A stretch of 64,000 nucleotides of DNA from contig OZ241917.1 in the NCBI GenBank assembly GCA_965203805.1, positions 4,320,001 through 4,384,000 on the forward strand, in the 5' to 3' direction. Positions 37,411-47,697 of this stretch are shown piece after piece. The notes beneath the pieces are model-generated. The model made no database searches. It was given only the letters and a program-made list of their open reading frames with translations, and was not told the DNA's origin. The first letter of the stretch is position 1. Each line of letters opens with the position of its first letter. The stretch is from Candidatus Latescibacterota bacterium. Lineage in GTDB: Bacteria > Latescibacterota > UBA2968 > GCA-2709665. The translations under genes and the position numbers were made by a program.

Positions 37411-40400
37411 TCACTGACCGTCCAAAATCTCCTTCAACTTCTTCTCTATCGGTGGTTTGTCCTGCCCGGTTGTAAACTCAGGCGGCCTAAAGAGAGGGTT
37501 GCCGGGTGACCAGAGCTCAACGCTATCAGAGTTTTCCTCGAAATATTCCGGATCAGTAGTCACTCGAAGGCGATCTCTCATTCCTGGGGCCAAGAGTCCG
37601 TATTCTCGACTACCCAAGAACTGGATTTCGGTACCCTGGGGCATAACGTCCGGCGACGTGATGACTCTGTCCAAATCCGCCATCGATACAGGGGATGGCG
37701 CCCGTTCTGGCATCGTGAGTTCTTCGTCTGTCACGTCGTCAATATTGAATCCACCTCTCTCGGTCTCCTGAGCCTGCTGTTCGATCTCGTCCAAAACGTT
37801 AGCGCGTCGTATTGCATCCCTTTCCTCGCCCGAGAGCACCGTACGTGAGATTGTGCGGGGCAATTGCGCGAGAATCGGTTGCAGACGGCCGACGACGGAC
37901 TCGAATAGTCCAATTCGGTTTCGGAGCGCCCTGTAAACGTCCGTTTCGACTGTACCATTATAGTGGAGGTTTATGATCCGAATAGTCTCGTGTTCTTGTC
38001 CGAGCCGGTCAATACGACCAATGCGCTGTTCGACCCGCATCGGATTCCAGGGCATATCGTAGTTGATCACGGCGCCGCAGAACTGGAAATTCAAGCCTTC
38101 TGCTGCCGCGTCAGTGCAAAGGAGAATCTCGGCCTCACCGTCGCGGAACCTTTGTTTGGCCTCGTCGCGTGTGAGGCCTTTCCAAGAGCTGTCGGCGGAA
38201 AGCATTTCGGCGCCCCGTCCGGAATAGCACATCAACGTGAATTCGCCATCCTTGCGGAGCGCTTCACGAAGGAAGTCCATGGTGTCTGTGTATTGGGTGA
38301 AGACCATCACACTGGTATACCTGTCATTGCGAAGCTCGGTAAGGGCGCTCTTGAGGCTGTCGAGTTTACTGTCCGGCGGAAGTTGGGAGATATTTTCGAG
38401 AAGTCCTTCGATGTCGGACTCTTCGGCGGCAGCAAGGGCCACTTTCTCAAGTTGCTCTACCTGCTCGACGTCCAAAATTTCGTCGACCGCTTCGTCGTCA
38501 GGAACGTCCTCCTCGACCCCGAGTTGAAGGTCAGGGTTGTCTGCATCTATGTTGGCGAGATGACGTTGAAGCGTCGCGCGGAGGGCGTTAATGCTGCTCG
38601 CAAGCCGTCGACGGTAGATTGTCATCACGAAACCTACGGATGTTCGTTCCTTCGGGCTGGCCTGGTTGTAAGTCGTCGCTATGTAGTCCTCAACAGATTC
38701 ATAGATGGCTCGTTCTTCCGTCCTCATTTCCAGGAAACGATCTTCCACCCTGCGCACGGCAACGGGCGCGGTAGACTGCTGCACCGTGAAATAACGTCGA
38801 AGTAGCTCTCGCGTGTGTCGAGAAATCAGCCGCCTCAGTGGAGTATTCGCACGTACGACTCTAACCGCGGCCCTGCGCTCGGCCGTCTCCAGTTTACGAC
38901 GCGGGATACTGGCGTCATTTCGGAGTGCCCGAAGAACTTTTTTGAATCTGAGATCCGATAGGTCGACAATACGCTGCATTTCCTCTGTCTTCGCTTCGCC
39001 GTATGCTTTTTCCACCGCTTGAAATAAACTCGCCATTCGTTCCAGCGCGTCAGGTGACGGATTCGCCTCGTCGGCATCGTCAAAAAAGCTCAGGAAAGCC
39101 GTTGCCGACCACTTCGCTGGCAAGCCAAGTAGATTCAACAAGTCCCAGACCTCTATAGGATGCACCTGCATGGGGGTCGCGGTCAGCAGAATCAGCCCCT
39201 GAGTGCGATCCTTCAAACCCAGCATCAGACGCAGGAGTGCGTTCGGTCCACCCTGCTGTGGCGTTCCTGCCGCTCGCCGACGGGCGTGATGTGCTTCGTC
39301 AAGCACAACCAGATCCCACGGCTCCGCCTCGAGCAGTGTTTCCGCACGGTCGCCACGTCGCATCAGTTGACTTGAGGCAATCACGACGGGTTCTCGATGC
39401 CATTGCTCAGGTTCCACATCGCGTTCGATACTGCCACGCAGGGCAGGCGAAGGATACCAGACCATCCTGCTTCCGTCGTAAATCGGCCAATTAAGGTTGA
39501 ACTTTTCACGCAGTTCTACTTGCCACTGGTTGAGGATGGCCTTCGGTGCCAGGATCAGGATCCGTTTCGCCCGGCCGGAGATGTACGCCTGCCTGAGTAA
39601 CATACCGGCCTGTATGGTCTTACCGAGGCCGACCTCGTCAGCAATCAGAAGCTTCGGAGGCCAATTGTTATACATGCGTTCATACGCCCTTACCTGGTGC
39701 GGCCATGGTACAACTGCCGATGTCGCTTCGCCAACCCGTTCGCCTCCGTTTTGGAACGTAGGAGCTTGTTGGATGAATGACCACACACGGCTTCTGATAT
39801 CACCAGGGTCGGGTACCGCTGGCGTTGGAATTTCCTTTGTCTTGGGTTTTGGCCGAGGTTTGGCACGCTCCTTGTCGAGCTTCTTAAGCCGCGCCGGTTG
39901 GTCGTCTTTGGGCATAAAGCGCATCAAGTCCTCACGTACCGCGCCGGGCACGTCAAGTACAATTGCGCGGCGCGCCTGGCCGGACCAAATCCCTGCAAAG
40001 TTGTCTTGTTCTTGATCAACGCGCTGGTGATCCGGCCCCCAACTCGTGAAAACGTTGATGCTTTCCCAATTATGTTTCCAGCCTGCGGCCGTTTCATTCA
40101 GGCTGCCGTTCCAGGCGATCTTGTTGCCGCCACGGTCCTCGATAATTCCGGACTTCTCATGGAAGATCCCGTCCATTGGGATCGGCTTGCCATTGATGTC
40201 GCAAGGTACGGCAACCTTGACATCCAGATGTCCGCGCGCGACCATCCATGCGAGCAACTCGAGTGCATCGGAGGATGCCGTGTCAGGTGGAGCTAAAGGG
40301 ACATCTGCTAATCGTAGCTCGATCAGGTCCCTGAGCCGCTCGCCTTTTTCGATTGCCTCTATCTCCTTCGGATCCAGAGTGCAGCCGACGACGAGGCGCA

Positions 40401-40584
40401 TGCGTCCGCCATTCCGCACGAGCCCTTCGATGCCGCGAGCCGCCAGCGACAATGCACTGGCGCTGAAGTACCCGGTCAGCCGATCGTAACGTTCGGAATC
40501 CTCAAGCGCGGGTAAATAAAACAGCCTGACGAGGTCTCCGTCATCAGGCGTATATTTAAGTCTCCATTTGTAATCACTAAGCAC
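37411..40584 (-). CDS. PLD-nuclease plus SNF2 helicase (restriction-like/DUF499 system)
   Basis: YDRLTGYFS, FHEKSGIIED..GSLNET (PLD), ADEVGLGKT, DEAHH, LTATP, EGLNFQ, YDMPWNPMRVEQRIGRIDR. Confidence 0.93.
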   Translation of the reverse strand: MLSDYKWRLKYTPDDGDLVRLFYLPALEDSERYDRLTGYFSASALSLAARGIEGLVRNGGRMRLVVGCTLDPKEIEAIEKGERLRDLIELRLADVPLAPPDTASSDALELLAWMVARGHLDVKVAVPCDINGKPIPMDGIFHEKSGIIEDRGGNKIAWNGSLNETAAGWKHNWESINVFTSWGPDHQRVDQEQDNFAGIWSGQARRAIVLDVPGAVREDLMRFMPKDDQPARLKKLDKERAKPRPKPKTKEIPTPAVPDPGDIRSRVWSFIQQAPTFQNGGERVGEATSAVVPWPHQVRAYERMYNNWPPKLLIADEVGLGKTIQAGMLLRQAYISGRAKRILILAPKAILNQWQVELREKFNLNWPIYDGSRMVWYPSPALRGSIERDVEPEQWHREPVVIASSQLMRRGDRAETLLEAEPWDLVVLDEAHHARRRAAGTPQQGGPNALLRLMLGLKDRTQGLILLTATPMQVHPIEVWDLLNLLGLPAKWSATAFLSFFDDADEANPSPDALERMASLFQAVEKAYGEAKTEEMQRIVDLSDLRFKKVLRALRNDASIPRRKLETAERRAAVRVVRANTPLRRLISRHTRELLRRYFTVQQSTAPVAVRRVEDRFLEMRTEERAIYESVEDYIATTYNQASPKERTSVGFVMTIYRRRLASSINALRATLQRHLANIDADNPDLQLGVEEDVPDDEAVDEILDVEQVEQLEKVALAAAEESDIEGLLENISQLPPDSKLDSLKSALTELRNDRYTSVMVFTQYTDTMDFLREALRKDGEFTLMCYSGRGAEMLSADSSWKGLTRDEAKQRFRDGEAEILLCTDAAAEGLNFQFCGAVINYDMPWNPMRVEQRIGRIDRLGQEHETIRIINLHYNGTVETDVYRALRNRIGLFESVVGRLQPILAQLPRTISRTVLSGEERDAIRRANVLDEIEQQAQETERGGFNIDDVTDEELTMPERAPSPVSMADLDRVITSPDVMPQGTEIQFLGSREYGLLAPGMRDRLRVTTDPEYFEENSDSVELWSPGNPLFRPPEFTTGQDKPPIEKKLKEILDGQ

Positions 40585-40586
40585 GG

Positions 40587-43565
40587 TTAGATGCTTTCTT
40601 CCTGCCAGAGTTTGAGTTGCTCGGGCTCGTCGATATGGTCGCCATAAGCGAGGCGTGCCAAATTATAGAGGACCTCGAAATCGTCGGCAGCGGCGGCGAC
40701 CTCTCCTTTCAGATTGATCCCGGAAAAGGAGCGAGAAACAGGTAGTACCTCGAGGACGGCTTCGAGGGAAGCGAAGAAGCGGGGGTCCTGGTCCACCAGC
40801 GATTCTGCGAGCAACTCCTTCGCCGCAGCGAGGGATCTGATGCGAGCCATATTGGCGGCGTGATGGATGGCATCGATCATGCTCCGTGAACCATCAGCTG
40901 GACCGAGTGTCCCTTTGGCGGCTCGCCGCGAACTATCCCACAAGATGATATCGCTGCCTTTTTTCTCTCCCAGGCGGTTGATGATGTCGTTGTCGATATT
41001 GACACCGACGGCACGTGCGAGCCTCAGCGCTTCATCGTAGGAAAACTTCGGCGCCTTAAACGCGTCCCACGCAAGGACTATAAACGCGGTGATCCCGTCC
41101 AGATCCTCATCCCCCTTGAGATGCGTGAGCTGTTCCAAACGCCAGCGCTTGACCTCACGTCGCGCCGCGTCCAGTGCGTCTTCCGGTGTCGCCCCGTACG
41201 GATCCCAATCCTCCTCAAAGAGTACCTGCTGGCGCCGCCGCCGTCGCTCCTTTGGGATCGGGCGCGGTGTGCCCCGTTTCAACGGCCAGTGTCGGGAGAA
41301 TTCCTCGAGCGCGGGTCCGAATGACGCTAGGTAGAGATCGACTCCCGTAATACCCGCATCTTGAAAATGCTGAATCCGCGTTCGAACCGCGCGGGCCACG
41401 CGAGGTTCGACATCTTCCCAATACACGGAATCTGTTTTTGCAACATAGTGCGCTGGGTTTTCACGCACCACATCTGTGTCTACACCATTGATACGTGGTT
41501 TGCGCGGTCGACAGACCAGAAAAATAGTACTGTTGGCCGCAGCCTTTTCCTTAATGTGCAGGCTGCCTTGCGCTTCAGTGTTGATGGGCCAAGACGCGGT
41601 GACGGTAAAGCCTGCGTCCATCAATCCCTTGGTGAGAGCGTCCCAGGCGTCGGTCTCCTTATGGGTGAACATAACGGTCATTATACCGTTCGGTTTTAAC
41701 GTTCTACGACATTCTGCAAAGATTGAAGCCATGCGCTCCTGGTATTCTCTGTCCGCGAGCGCCATGGCGCCCTTTTGGCCTTTGAATTTAGCAATATTGG
41801 CGACAGCTTCGTTTTCCTTGTCGGTTAGGTGACGTCTGAACAGTTCCGGAATGACGTAGCCAGCGGTACGTTTAAGCCACACATAAAAGTAATCGGATAA
41901 CTCCGCGTACATCACGTTAGCGCCGTAAGGCGGGTCCATAACCACAGAATCGATGGTACCATCGTCGATGTGGTCTAGGTTGTCACCGGGCTTACAGCTT
42001 ATGGTAATGGGCGGAGCTGCGGCGTGGTCTTTGTCGAACAAATCAACAGAATCACTTGTTTCGGGGCTAACCAGTTCGATGAGTTCTGTGACGCATTTCG
42101 CGGTCTTGTCGATTGCCCAGTCGAAGCCTACGCCAGATTCCAGCAGTGCCATTTCACCATATGACCAGACAAACGCAAAGTTGTGTTGGTCAAAGATGGA
42201 CCGTATTCGGCTTGTTGTATTATCCCAACGACCAGCACGATTATTGTAGTTAAGTAGGGTATCAATCGTCAATGCAAGATATGTATACGCCGCTTCACAT
42301 ACCTCGTTCAACTCGCCGGTACTATGGTCGGCATCTAGTAACTCCCGGAAGACTTCTACTCCTGTGCAATGGCTCAGAAGCTGACGGGGTGAAAAGAAAT
42401 CGCGCCAGAACGCCATTCCATAACGTGTTGGTTCGTTAGTCTTGTTACCATCAGGGATCCGCTCGCCCGGAATGATGTCTAACGCCTCCCACTCGGGAAG
42501 TTTCTCCGAGAGACCTCTGCGAATCTTGGCCGAATTGTCATCCTCAAGTCGAGGTGCCCTGAATCCACGGACCCACTTCTCTCTGGCTTTACCAGTCTTG
42601 GTCTCGACGACGATCCTTTTTTTATATACGACTGCGTAGAGTTGCTCGCCCATCTTGCCAGCTTGGGCCTGCGCTTTAATTTCATCACCATCTATAACGC
42701 GGCGGCAATCGGGATATGGACAGGTGCCCGCGCCATTCGCTTCTGTTCCAGCCGATTGCTCGCTGGCGGAATGGACAATTTTGAATGAACAGATACGGCC
42801 GCCAGTACCACTGCCGCACGCTAGATGCGTCCTGAGCTTGACCCCGGTTCCGTCTGGCGCCAGGCGCCAGTTGGGTGAAAGCGGAACTACTCCCTCGCAA
42901 TAAGGACAGGTAATCGTACGTGCCCACAGATAGGTCAGGTCAACCTGCCCTGGCATGTCATGTTGGGGATAGTAGGAGCGGAGTCGACGCTCTAACTCCC
43001 TGCGCCATTTTCTAGCCAAAATATCGAACTGATCCTTCACAATGTGCGAAAAGGCCGAGGGCCACTCTACCGTGGCGCGCATTACTAGTGCGGCCACAGG
43101 ATTCAGATCGTTGGCGAGTGACTTAAGACCCACGCGGATTGTTTCAAACGGAATACTCCCGCCGCCAGCTGTTGGGTCTAGCACGACGGGATTACACGTT
43201 CCTTTTCCAAGGGTCGACTTAAGCCATACGGTGTCAGTTTCATCCATCAAGTAGCCAAATGCACGATTGTAACCGTACGGATCCTTAACGCGGACACCAG
43301 TCCTTCGCGCCTTCTCAATTGCGTCGCGAGCGGAGACAGGATCTCCATGAATTCCAAGTATATGCAAAAATCTCTCCCGGTCTGCATCCGCTGGCAGAAG
43401 GGAGGCGAGAATCGCGGCACGTGAAGCCACTAACGGCCGGCGCGCCCACCATACGTGTAAGTAGTAGGTAGGAGGTAATGCAGTCATGGAGCGGCGCTCT
43501 CGCGTACTCTCTTCGCTGAGCTCGGCAATCGGCAACCATCGTTCTATGAGGCGGGTGTCGTGCAT
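40587..43565 (-). CDS. DUF1156 adenine-specific DNA methyltransferase
   Basis: LHVWWARRPL (DUF1156), LDPTAGGGSIP (SAM-binding), MDPPY catalytic motif, CPYC/CPYPDC inserts. Confidence 0.93.
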   Translation of the reverse strand: MHDTRLIERWLPIAELSEESTRERRSMTALPPTYYLHVWWARRPLVASRAAILASLLPADADRERFLHILGIHGDPVSARDAIEKARRTGVRVKDPYGYNRAFGYLMDETDTVWLKSTLGKGTCNPVVLDPTAGGGSIPFETIRVGLKSLANDLNPVAALVMRATVEWPSAFSHIVKDQFDILARKWRRELERRLRSYYPQHDMPGQVDLTYLWARTITCPYCEGVVPLSPNWRLAPDGTGVKLRTHLACGSGTGGRICSFKIVHSASEQSAGTEANGAGTCPYPDCRRVIDGDEIKAQAQAGKMGEQLYAVVYKKRIVVETKTGKAREKWVRGFRAPRLEDDNSAKIRRGLSEKLPEWEALDIIPGERIPDGNKTNEPTRYGMAFWRDFFSPRQLLSHCTGVEVFRELLDADHSTGELNEVCEAAYTYLALTIDTLLNYNNRAGRWDNTTSRIRSIFDQHNFAFVWSYGEMALLESGVGFDWAIDKTAKCVTELIELVSPETSDSVDLFDKDHAAAPPITISCKPGDNLDHIDDGTIDSVVMDPPYGANVMYAELSDYFYVWLKRTAGYVIPELFRRHLTDKENEAVANIAKFKGQKGAMALADREYQERMASIFAECRRTLKPNGIMTVMFTHKETDAWDALTKGLMDAGFTVTASWPINTEAQGSLHIKEKAAANSTIFLVCRPRKPRINGVDTDVVRENPAHYVAKTDSVYWEDVEPRVARAVRTRIQHFQDAGITGVDLYLASFGPALEEFSRHWPLKRGTPRPIPKERRRRRQQVLFEEDWDPYGATPEDALDAARREVKRWRLEQLTHLKGDEDLDGITAFIVLAWDAFKAPKFSYDEALRLARAVGVNIDNDIINRLGEKKGSDIILWDSSRRAAKGTLGPADGSRSMIDAIHHAANMARIRSLAAAKELLAESLVDQDPRFFASLEAVLEVLPVSRSFSGINLKGEVAAAADDFEVLYNLARLAYGDHIDEPEQLKLWQEESI

Positions 43566-43659
43566 CGGTTTAATACCGCATTTGCTCCATTGTCAATTCT
43601 GGGTATAAGATTTCGCGAAATCTCTAATGTTGAAGTCGGTTTGACCACACTAACCGACA

Positions 43660-45411
43660 TCAAAACCTGAAACCAAACAGCCCACCGGTTTCCGTTGCAT
43701 CTGTCAACCGTGGTTGAACGATGTGGTTTTCAAGATTGAATCCCTTTGTAAACCCTTCCGTCGGCACGGAATCGGAATTCATAGTGACAATGTATTGAAT
43801 GCCCTTCGCTTCGGCCCGCCGTGCGCCAAGTTGGAGCGCCTTGGCAACCTGTCGCTCGTCGACACCGTCAAAGAGATGGCTGTCGTGGATCAGGAACCCC
43901 GGCCAGCGGTTTTGTTTCGCGCAGATCTCGGTCAGCATGAAGTCGAAGCAGAAAATCTGCATGTTCGTGATTCCCTTGCTGCGTTCCCCGGCGATGTGAA
44001 CTTCGAATTTCGGACCATTTGGCGTATCGGCGATTGTCAAACTTCCCGCGTTTTCATAAAGCGAGCTTGATAGTTCCTCAAAGCTCAGAATGGCCTCACG
44101 GACGATGTCAGCCCGTTCATGGATGTCGTTCCTCAGCGCCGTCACCAGCCGCGTGCGTTCCATGTCGAGTTCCGTTTTGGTACTTTCAAAGCGCTCGGCG
44201 GTTTCGAGTCTTGCCTTAAGCATTTCGCTTTCGGCTTCGGCCCTGCCAAGCTCTTCGCGCAATCCGGTATAGTGCTCCAGCGCTCCGCCTGTTTCCAGCA
44301 AGACCATGACTTGCCGACGTCGATGATCCAATCCGTTCTTGCGCCTATCCCGCTCGCCAATTCGATCTTCCGCACTCTGAACTTCTGCGCCAAGATGCGC
44401 TCGGCGATTTTGGACGATCGTCTGGTGAAACCGCTCTACCTCCCTGATCCGTCGGCGGGGCAAGTCTGGCAGCACAATGCCGGCCTCGGAATACAGCTTG
44501 TCCAAATCCTTAAAGTCCGGCGCGCCTTCCGCCGAAAGCGACGCTTGCAGTTCTCGAATCAACTCCTGATCAACGATATTCTCAATATTAAGTTTGTTTA
44601 TCGTGTCGGTAATTTCGCTTGCCTCACGCTCCAGTTCCTTGTACTCCGGCACCACCTGGAACGTGTCGAGTTGTGCACGCAATCGATCCGTATGAGCTTC
44701 TGCAAGGGTGAGTTGTGTTCGCAACTCCGCCGCCTTGCCAAAGTAGCGACCGAGGTCGCCGGAACCAGCTGCTTTACGTAGTTCCTTTGCGACCTTCTCT
44801 TGTCCGCGAAGTTCCTGAAAACGACCCGGAATGGTCCAATCCAGACCAATCAGATAGCAGACGGCTGCCTGATGGTCCCACGATTGCTGCATCGTCGAGT
44901 GTTGCGTCGGTTTCAGAAACCCGCCACCTTCCTGCCGTCGCGCCACAAACGAGAAAAGCGACCGGAAACTTGGCTGGAAACGTTTGACGCCGTCGGCGGG
45001 CAGTTGAAACCACAGGGCGCCGAGGACGTTTTTCCACTGTTCATTGGGCAATTCGTGCTGAACCGGAAAAAGTTGTTGATTACGATCAATAGGCCAATTT
45101 TCTATGTCACCGTCAATGTAGACTCGGCTTGGCTTTTCGCCGCTGCGAGAAATCGAGTAGTTTTCGGTACCGATGTCGACGGACACACTAAACGTCCAGT
45201 TATTTAGTGCTTCCGATCGAAAGATACTTTGTGGTTTTGCATCCGCTCCGAAGAGAAAATGGACGAGCTCCACGAAGCTGGTCTTTCCGGCGCCGTTGCG
45301 AGATTGAAGATCGGTCGCACCTTCGCTCTTGTCTGCGAGGATGATGTTGAGTCCGGGACCAAACGTCAATTGCTTAAAGGACTCAAGATCACTGCTCAGA
45401 TGTCGAATCAT
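43660..45411 (-). CDS. lmuB: ABC-3C/Lamassu SMC-like ABC ATPase (DUF2326-like)
   Basis: Walker A NGAGKTS, long coiled coil, SKG signature, FLIHDSHLFDGVD Walker B/D-loop, QYIVTMN. Confidence 0.87.
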   Translation of the reverse strand: MIRHLSSDLESFKQLTFGPGLNIILADKSEGATDLQSRNGAGKTSFVELVHFLFGADAKPQSIFRSEALNNWTFSVSVDIGTENYSISRSGEKPSRVYIDGDIENWPIDRNQQLFPVQHELPNEQWKNVLGALWFQLPADGVKRFQPSFRSLFSFVARRQEGGGFLKPTQHSTMQQSWDHQAAVCYLIGLDWTIPGRFQELRGQEKVAKELRKAAGSGDLGRYFGKAAELRTQLTLAEAHTDRLRAQLDTFQVVPEYKELEREASEITDTINKLNIENIVDQELIRELQASLSAEGAPDFKDLDKLYSEAGIVLPDLPRRRIREVERFHQTIVQNRRAHLGAEVQSAEDRIGERDRRKNGLDHRRRQVMVLLETGGALEHYTGLREELGRAEAESEMLKARLETAERFESTKTELDMERTRLVTALRNDIHERADIVREAILSFEELSSSLYENAGSLTIADTPNGPKFEVHIAGERSKGITNMQIFCFDFMLTEICAKQNRWPGFLIHDSHLFDGVDERQVAKALQLGARRAEAKGIQYIVTMNSDSVPTEGFTKGFNLENHIVQPRLTDATETGGLFGFRF

Positions 45412-45653
45412 GCCCTGGTCCTCTTGATCAGACCACGATCCAACTCCACGGCGCTGATCATGTAAAGCAAGTCAAGGGCGAGAACGAACCACCGATAGTC
45501 GATGACCGGGCTGGAGGCGTCAGCTGACCGGCGAGACCGGATCTCGTCCCAGAGCCTTGACATAGTCATCGGCTCGCTAAGTGCGTCGAGCACTTCCGCT
45601 CCCACGCCGATCAGCGCTCGGTCAGGCGAGATGTGTTTGGTCGGGAGAATCAC
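45408..45653 (-). CDS. lmuC: ABC-3C middle component (LmuC-like)
   Basis: 81 aa from GTG 45653 (AGGAG RBS): MILPTKHI..DRAL..VG...WFVLALDLLY; ATGA overlap with the ATPase. Confidence 0.82.
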   Translation of the reverse strand: MILPTKHISPDRALIGVGAEVLDALSEPMTMSRLWDEIRSRRSADASSPVIDYRWFVLALDLLYMISAVELDRGLIKRTRA

Positions 45654-45657
45654 TCTC

Positions 45658-46551
45658 CTACTCCGGGTCTTCAAAGATGTCACACCGCTCGAAGAAATAG
45701 GACAATACAGCCAGCGCCGCGTTTTGTTGGGCCGGTTCCCCTCCCGTGCCGGCGTACTGTTGTAGGTGCGTGAATATTCCATCCGGCGACCTTCCGGCCC
45801 CCTTTAGCTCGGCATATCGACCGCGGAACGCCTCCGCAATCTGTTCGCCGAGGTCTGCATTAGGAGTTCTCCTGAACCAGGTCTCGACCAATGCCTCCTT
45901 ACGCCGTCCCACTCGGAGCAGTTCGGCGGCGTCTTGGGAGAGCGAATTTCTCGCAAGCTTGTCCACCGACGGCGGGGTGAGCGGTTCCTCGCCGGGTATG
46001 GGATCTGCCCTCTGAAGTGCGTCGATGACAGGTTTCAGGTCCTCCAACATCAGCGTTTCGACACCTGTCTTCGTCGGTGCATAGCCAAAGAGGGCCTGAA
46101 TAGCGTACAAAGGGAGACCGTCAACAAGCTGCTGTAGTTTAGCCTCTGTCCAAATTTCTATCTTGATATTGGGATGACTTTCCCGAAGCCCATTAATCAA
46201 CTGGATCGATGACGGCGGCAGTCCTCGGCCGTCGTTGTGAACCAGCACCCACTCTGCCATGTCATTGCCCCAATGTGCATAGGCCCCGCGAAAGTCTTGG
46301 CTGACTTTGTCGTTAAGTTTCGCTGCCGTCATCTGGTCCGGAGCGTAACACTGGAAAATGGTACGGGTGCTGACTCGACGCCCGTCGCACTTAAGATCGC
46401 CTTGACTCCCGTACGGGCGAACAGCCTCAAAGTCCGGTCCGAAGGCGTACCCTGCAAGTTTGACGAACCAGTCCTGGAATTCGCTCCCTTTCTTTTCCAA
46501 GAACGCCTCACGAAAACGCAGTCGGTAGAACGCTGTTTGTACTTCATCCAT
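45658..46551 (-). CDS. lmuA: ABC-3C/Lamassu effector: N-terminal restriction-endonuclease-fold domain plus CTD
   Basis: GSEFQDWF, GDLKCDG, QCYAP (PD-(D/E)xK-like variant), C-terminal KL..NSL and YFFERCDIFE; start ATG 46551. Confidence 0.83.
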   Translation of the reverse strand: MDEVQTAFYRLRFREAFLEKKGSEFQDWFVKLAGYAFGPDFEAVRPYGSQGDLKCDGRRVSTRTIFQCYAPDQMTAAKLNDKVSQDFRGAYAHWGNDMAEWVLVHNDGRGLPPSSIQLINGLRESHPNIKIEIWTEAKLQQLVDGLPLYAIQALFGYAPTKTGVETLMLEDLKPVIDALQRADPIPGEEPLTPPSVDKLARNSLSQDAAELLRVGRRKEALVETWFRRTPNADLGEQIAEAFRGRYAELKGAGRSPDGIFTHLQQYAGTGGEPAQQNAALAVLSYFFERCDIFEDPE

Positions 46552-46818
46552 GCTACTACGCTCCGAAGGCTTCGTAATTGCGGACAATCGGACTACGGAA
46601 ATCATCTACAATGCGCGGCGTACGCGTTTCGGTCAAAGGTATGTGAACGTCCAAACTAGCCGCTGTCGCTCCCACACCACGTAAGTATGTTCGGGTGATG
46701 TAAACGGTCACTGCCCTCGGCCTGCACGTGCTATCGATGCCAAAGCCGGCGATCGTCAGGCATCGGCATATATGCCCAAGTTGGTTGTAGGAACGGATCC
46801 GTGATGTGCCGGTTTCCA

Positions 46819-47139
46819 TCATCTCTCGAAAGCTCTTAAGATGCTATTCGCCCATTTTTCCGCATCCCGGCGGTTGTTCATTGTAAACACAGGAAGATCG
46901 TGAAAGACGATTTGAGACATCCACTTTTTCGAGCCCGCCGTGCACTCATAGCCAATTGTCCACCGAAAAATGCTGCCAACCTGCATTTTTGCTACATCGT
47001 CTTCTGATATTTCATCAAACGGAATATGTGCTTCTTCGTTCGCACAATTCATCCCTGACGTAAGGTCAGTCAATCGTGCAGAAAACTCTGTATCATCAAC
47101 GTCTGTGACATAACCCTCCCACTCCTGCTGTATCTTCAT
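46819..47139 (-). CDS. Small conserved-looking hypothetical protein (beta-rich, OB-like)
   Basis: QEWEGYV..V....F.ARL.DL...EEA.IP..EI...GSIFRW.IGYE; GGAGG RBS before ATG 47139. Confidence 0.65.
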   Translation of the reverse strand: MKIQQEWEGYVTDVDDTEFSARLTDLTSGMNCANEEAHIPFDEISEDDVAKMQVGSIFRWTIGYECTAGSKKWMSQIVFHDLPVFTMNNRRDAEKWANSILRAFER

Positions 47140-47217
47140 TCCGTCTGTCCCTCCAAAGTAACTAACGGAATATCCCGTGGAGAATCGCAATTTAACAAGA
47201 GTCCATACCAAACCTGT

Positions 47218-47697
47218 TCATCGTCTCGGCTCTGTCAAAAGTAGCCGTAGAGCCGCGAGCACGCGGCGTGGATACTTGCGGTGGACCGCCATGCCCAGCC
47301 AATATGCCGCCTCTTCGCGACCCATTGCCTCGATGCCTTCAGCTACCGCCCGCATGTTCTGACGACTTCGCATCGGTGCAAGTGTGCGAAATAGGAGCCC
47401 AAGCATCAACGCTACATCTTCAGTTACGGTGTAGCCTCGTTTTCTGGTGTCCGTGCTGCGGGTTGGATTGACACCAGAGCGCGTCAACCACTTAAGTATC
47501 CTATGCTCGACCAATTCCAGATTGCGGCCCCGAAGGCCGGCGATCCGCAGCGGTGACGTAATTTGGGGTGTGGATATGGCAGGAACCTGCCATACTTCAT
47601 ATTCTGCGCCGATAGAACCGTGACCGCGCACCCGTAACTCGTATCGAGGCACGGAATCTGGAGTTCTAATCTGGGTAATTCTCTCCGCGTGCGCCAT
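47218..47697 (-). CDS. DUF3780-like small helical protein of the DUF499 system
   Basis: LGLLFRTLAP...EEAAYWL....RRVLAALRLLL; overlaps the 3' end of the DUF499 ATPase; start ATG 47697. Confidence 0.72.
   Translation of the reverse strand: MAHAERITQIRTPDSVPRYELRVRGHGSIGAEYEVWQVPAISTPQITSPLRIAGLRGRNLELVEHRILKWLTRSGVNPTRSTDTRKRGYTVTEDVALMLGLLFRTLAPMRSRQNMRAVAEGIEAMGREEAAYWLGMAVHRKYPRRVLAALRLLLTEPRR

Noticed and set aside
43568-43596. Internal promoter for the DUF1156 methylase (minus-strand TTGACA at 43596-91)
   Set aside because: No -10 box at proper spacing, and it lies too close to the ATG to be supported.
46556-46822. 88-aa ORF between the OB-like gene and lmuA
   Set aside because: It fits the gap and overlaps the upstream stop, but has no recognisable motif or protein-like pattern; left uncalled.
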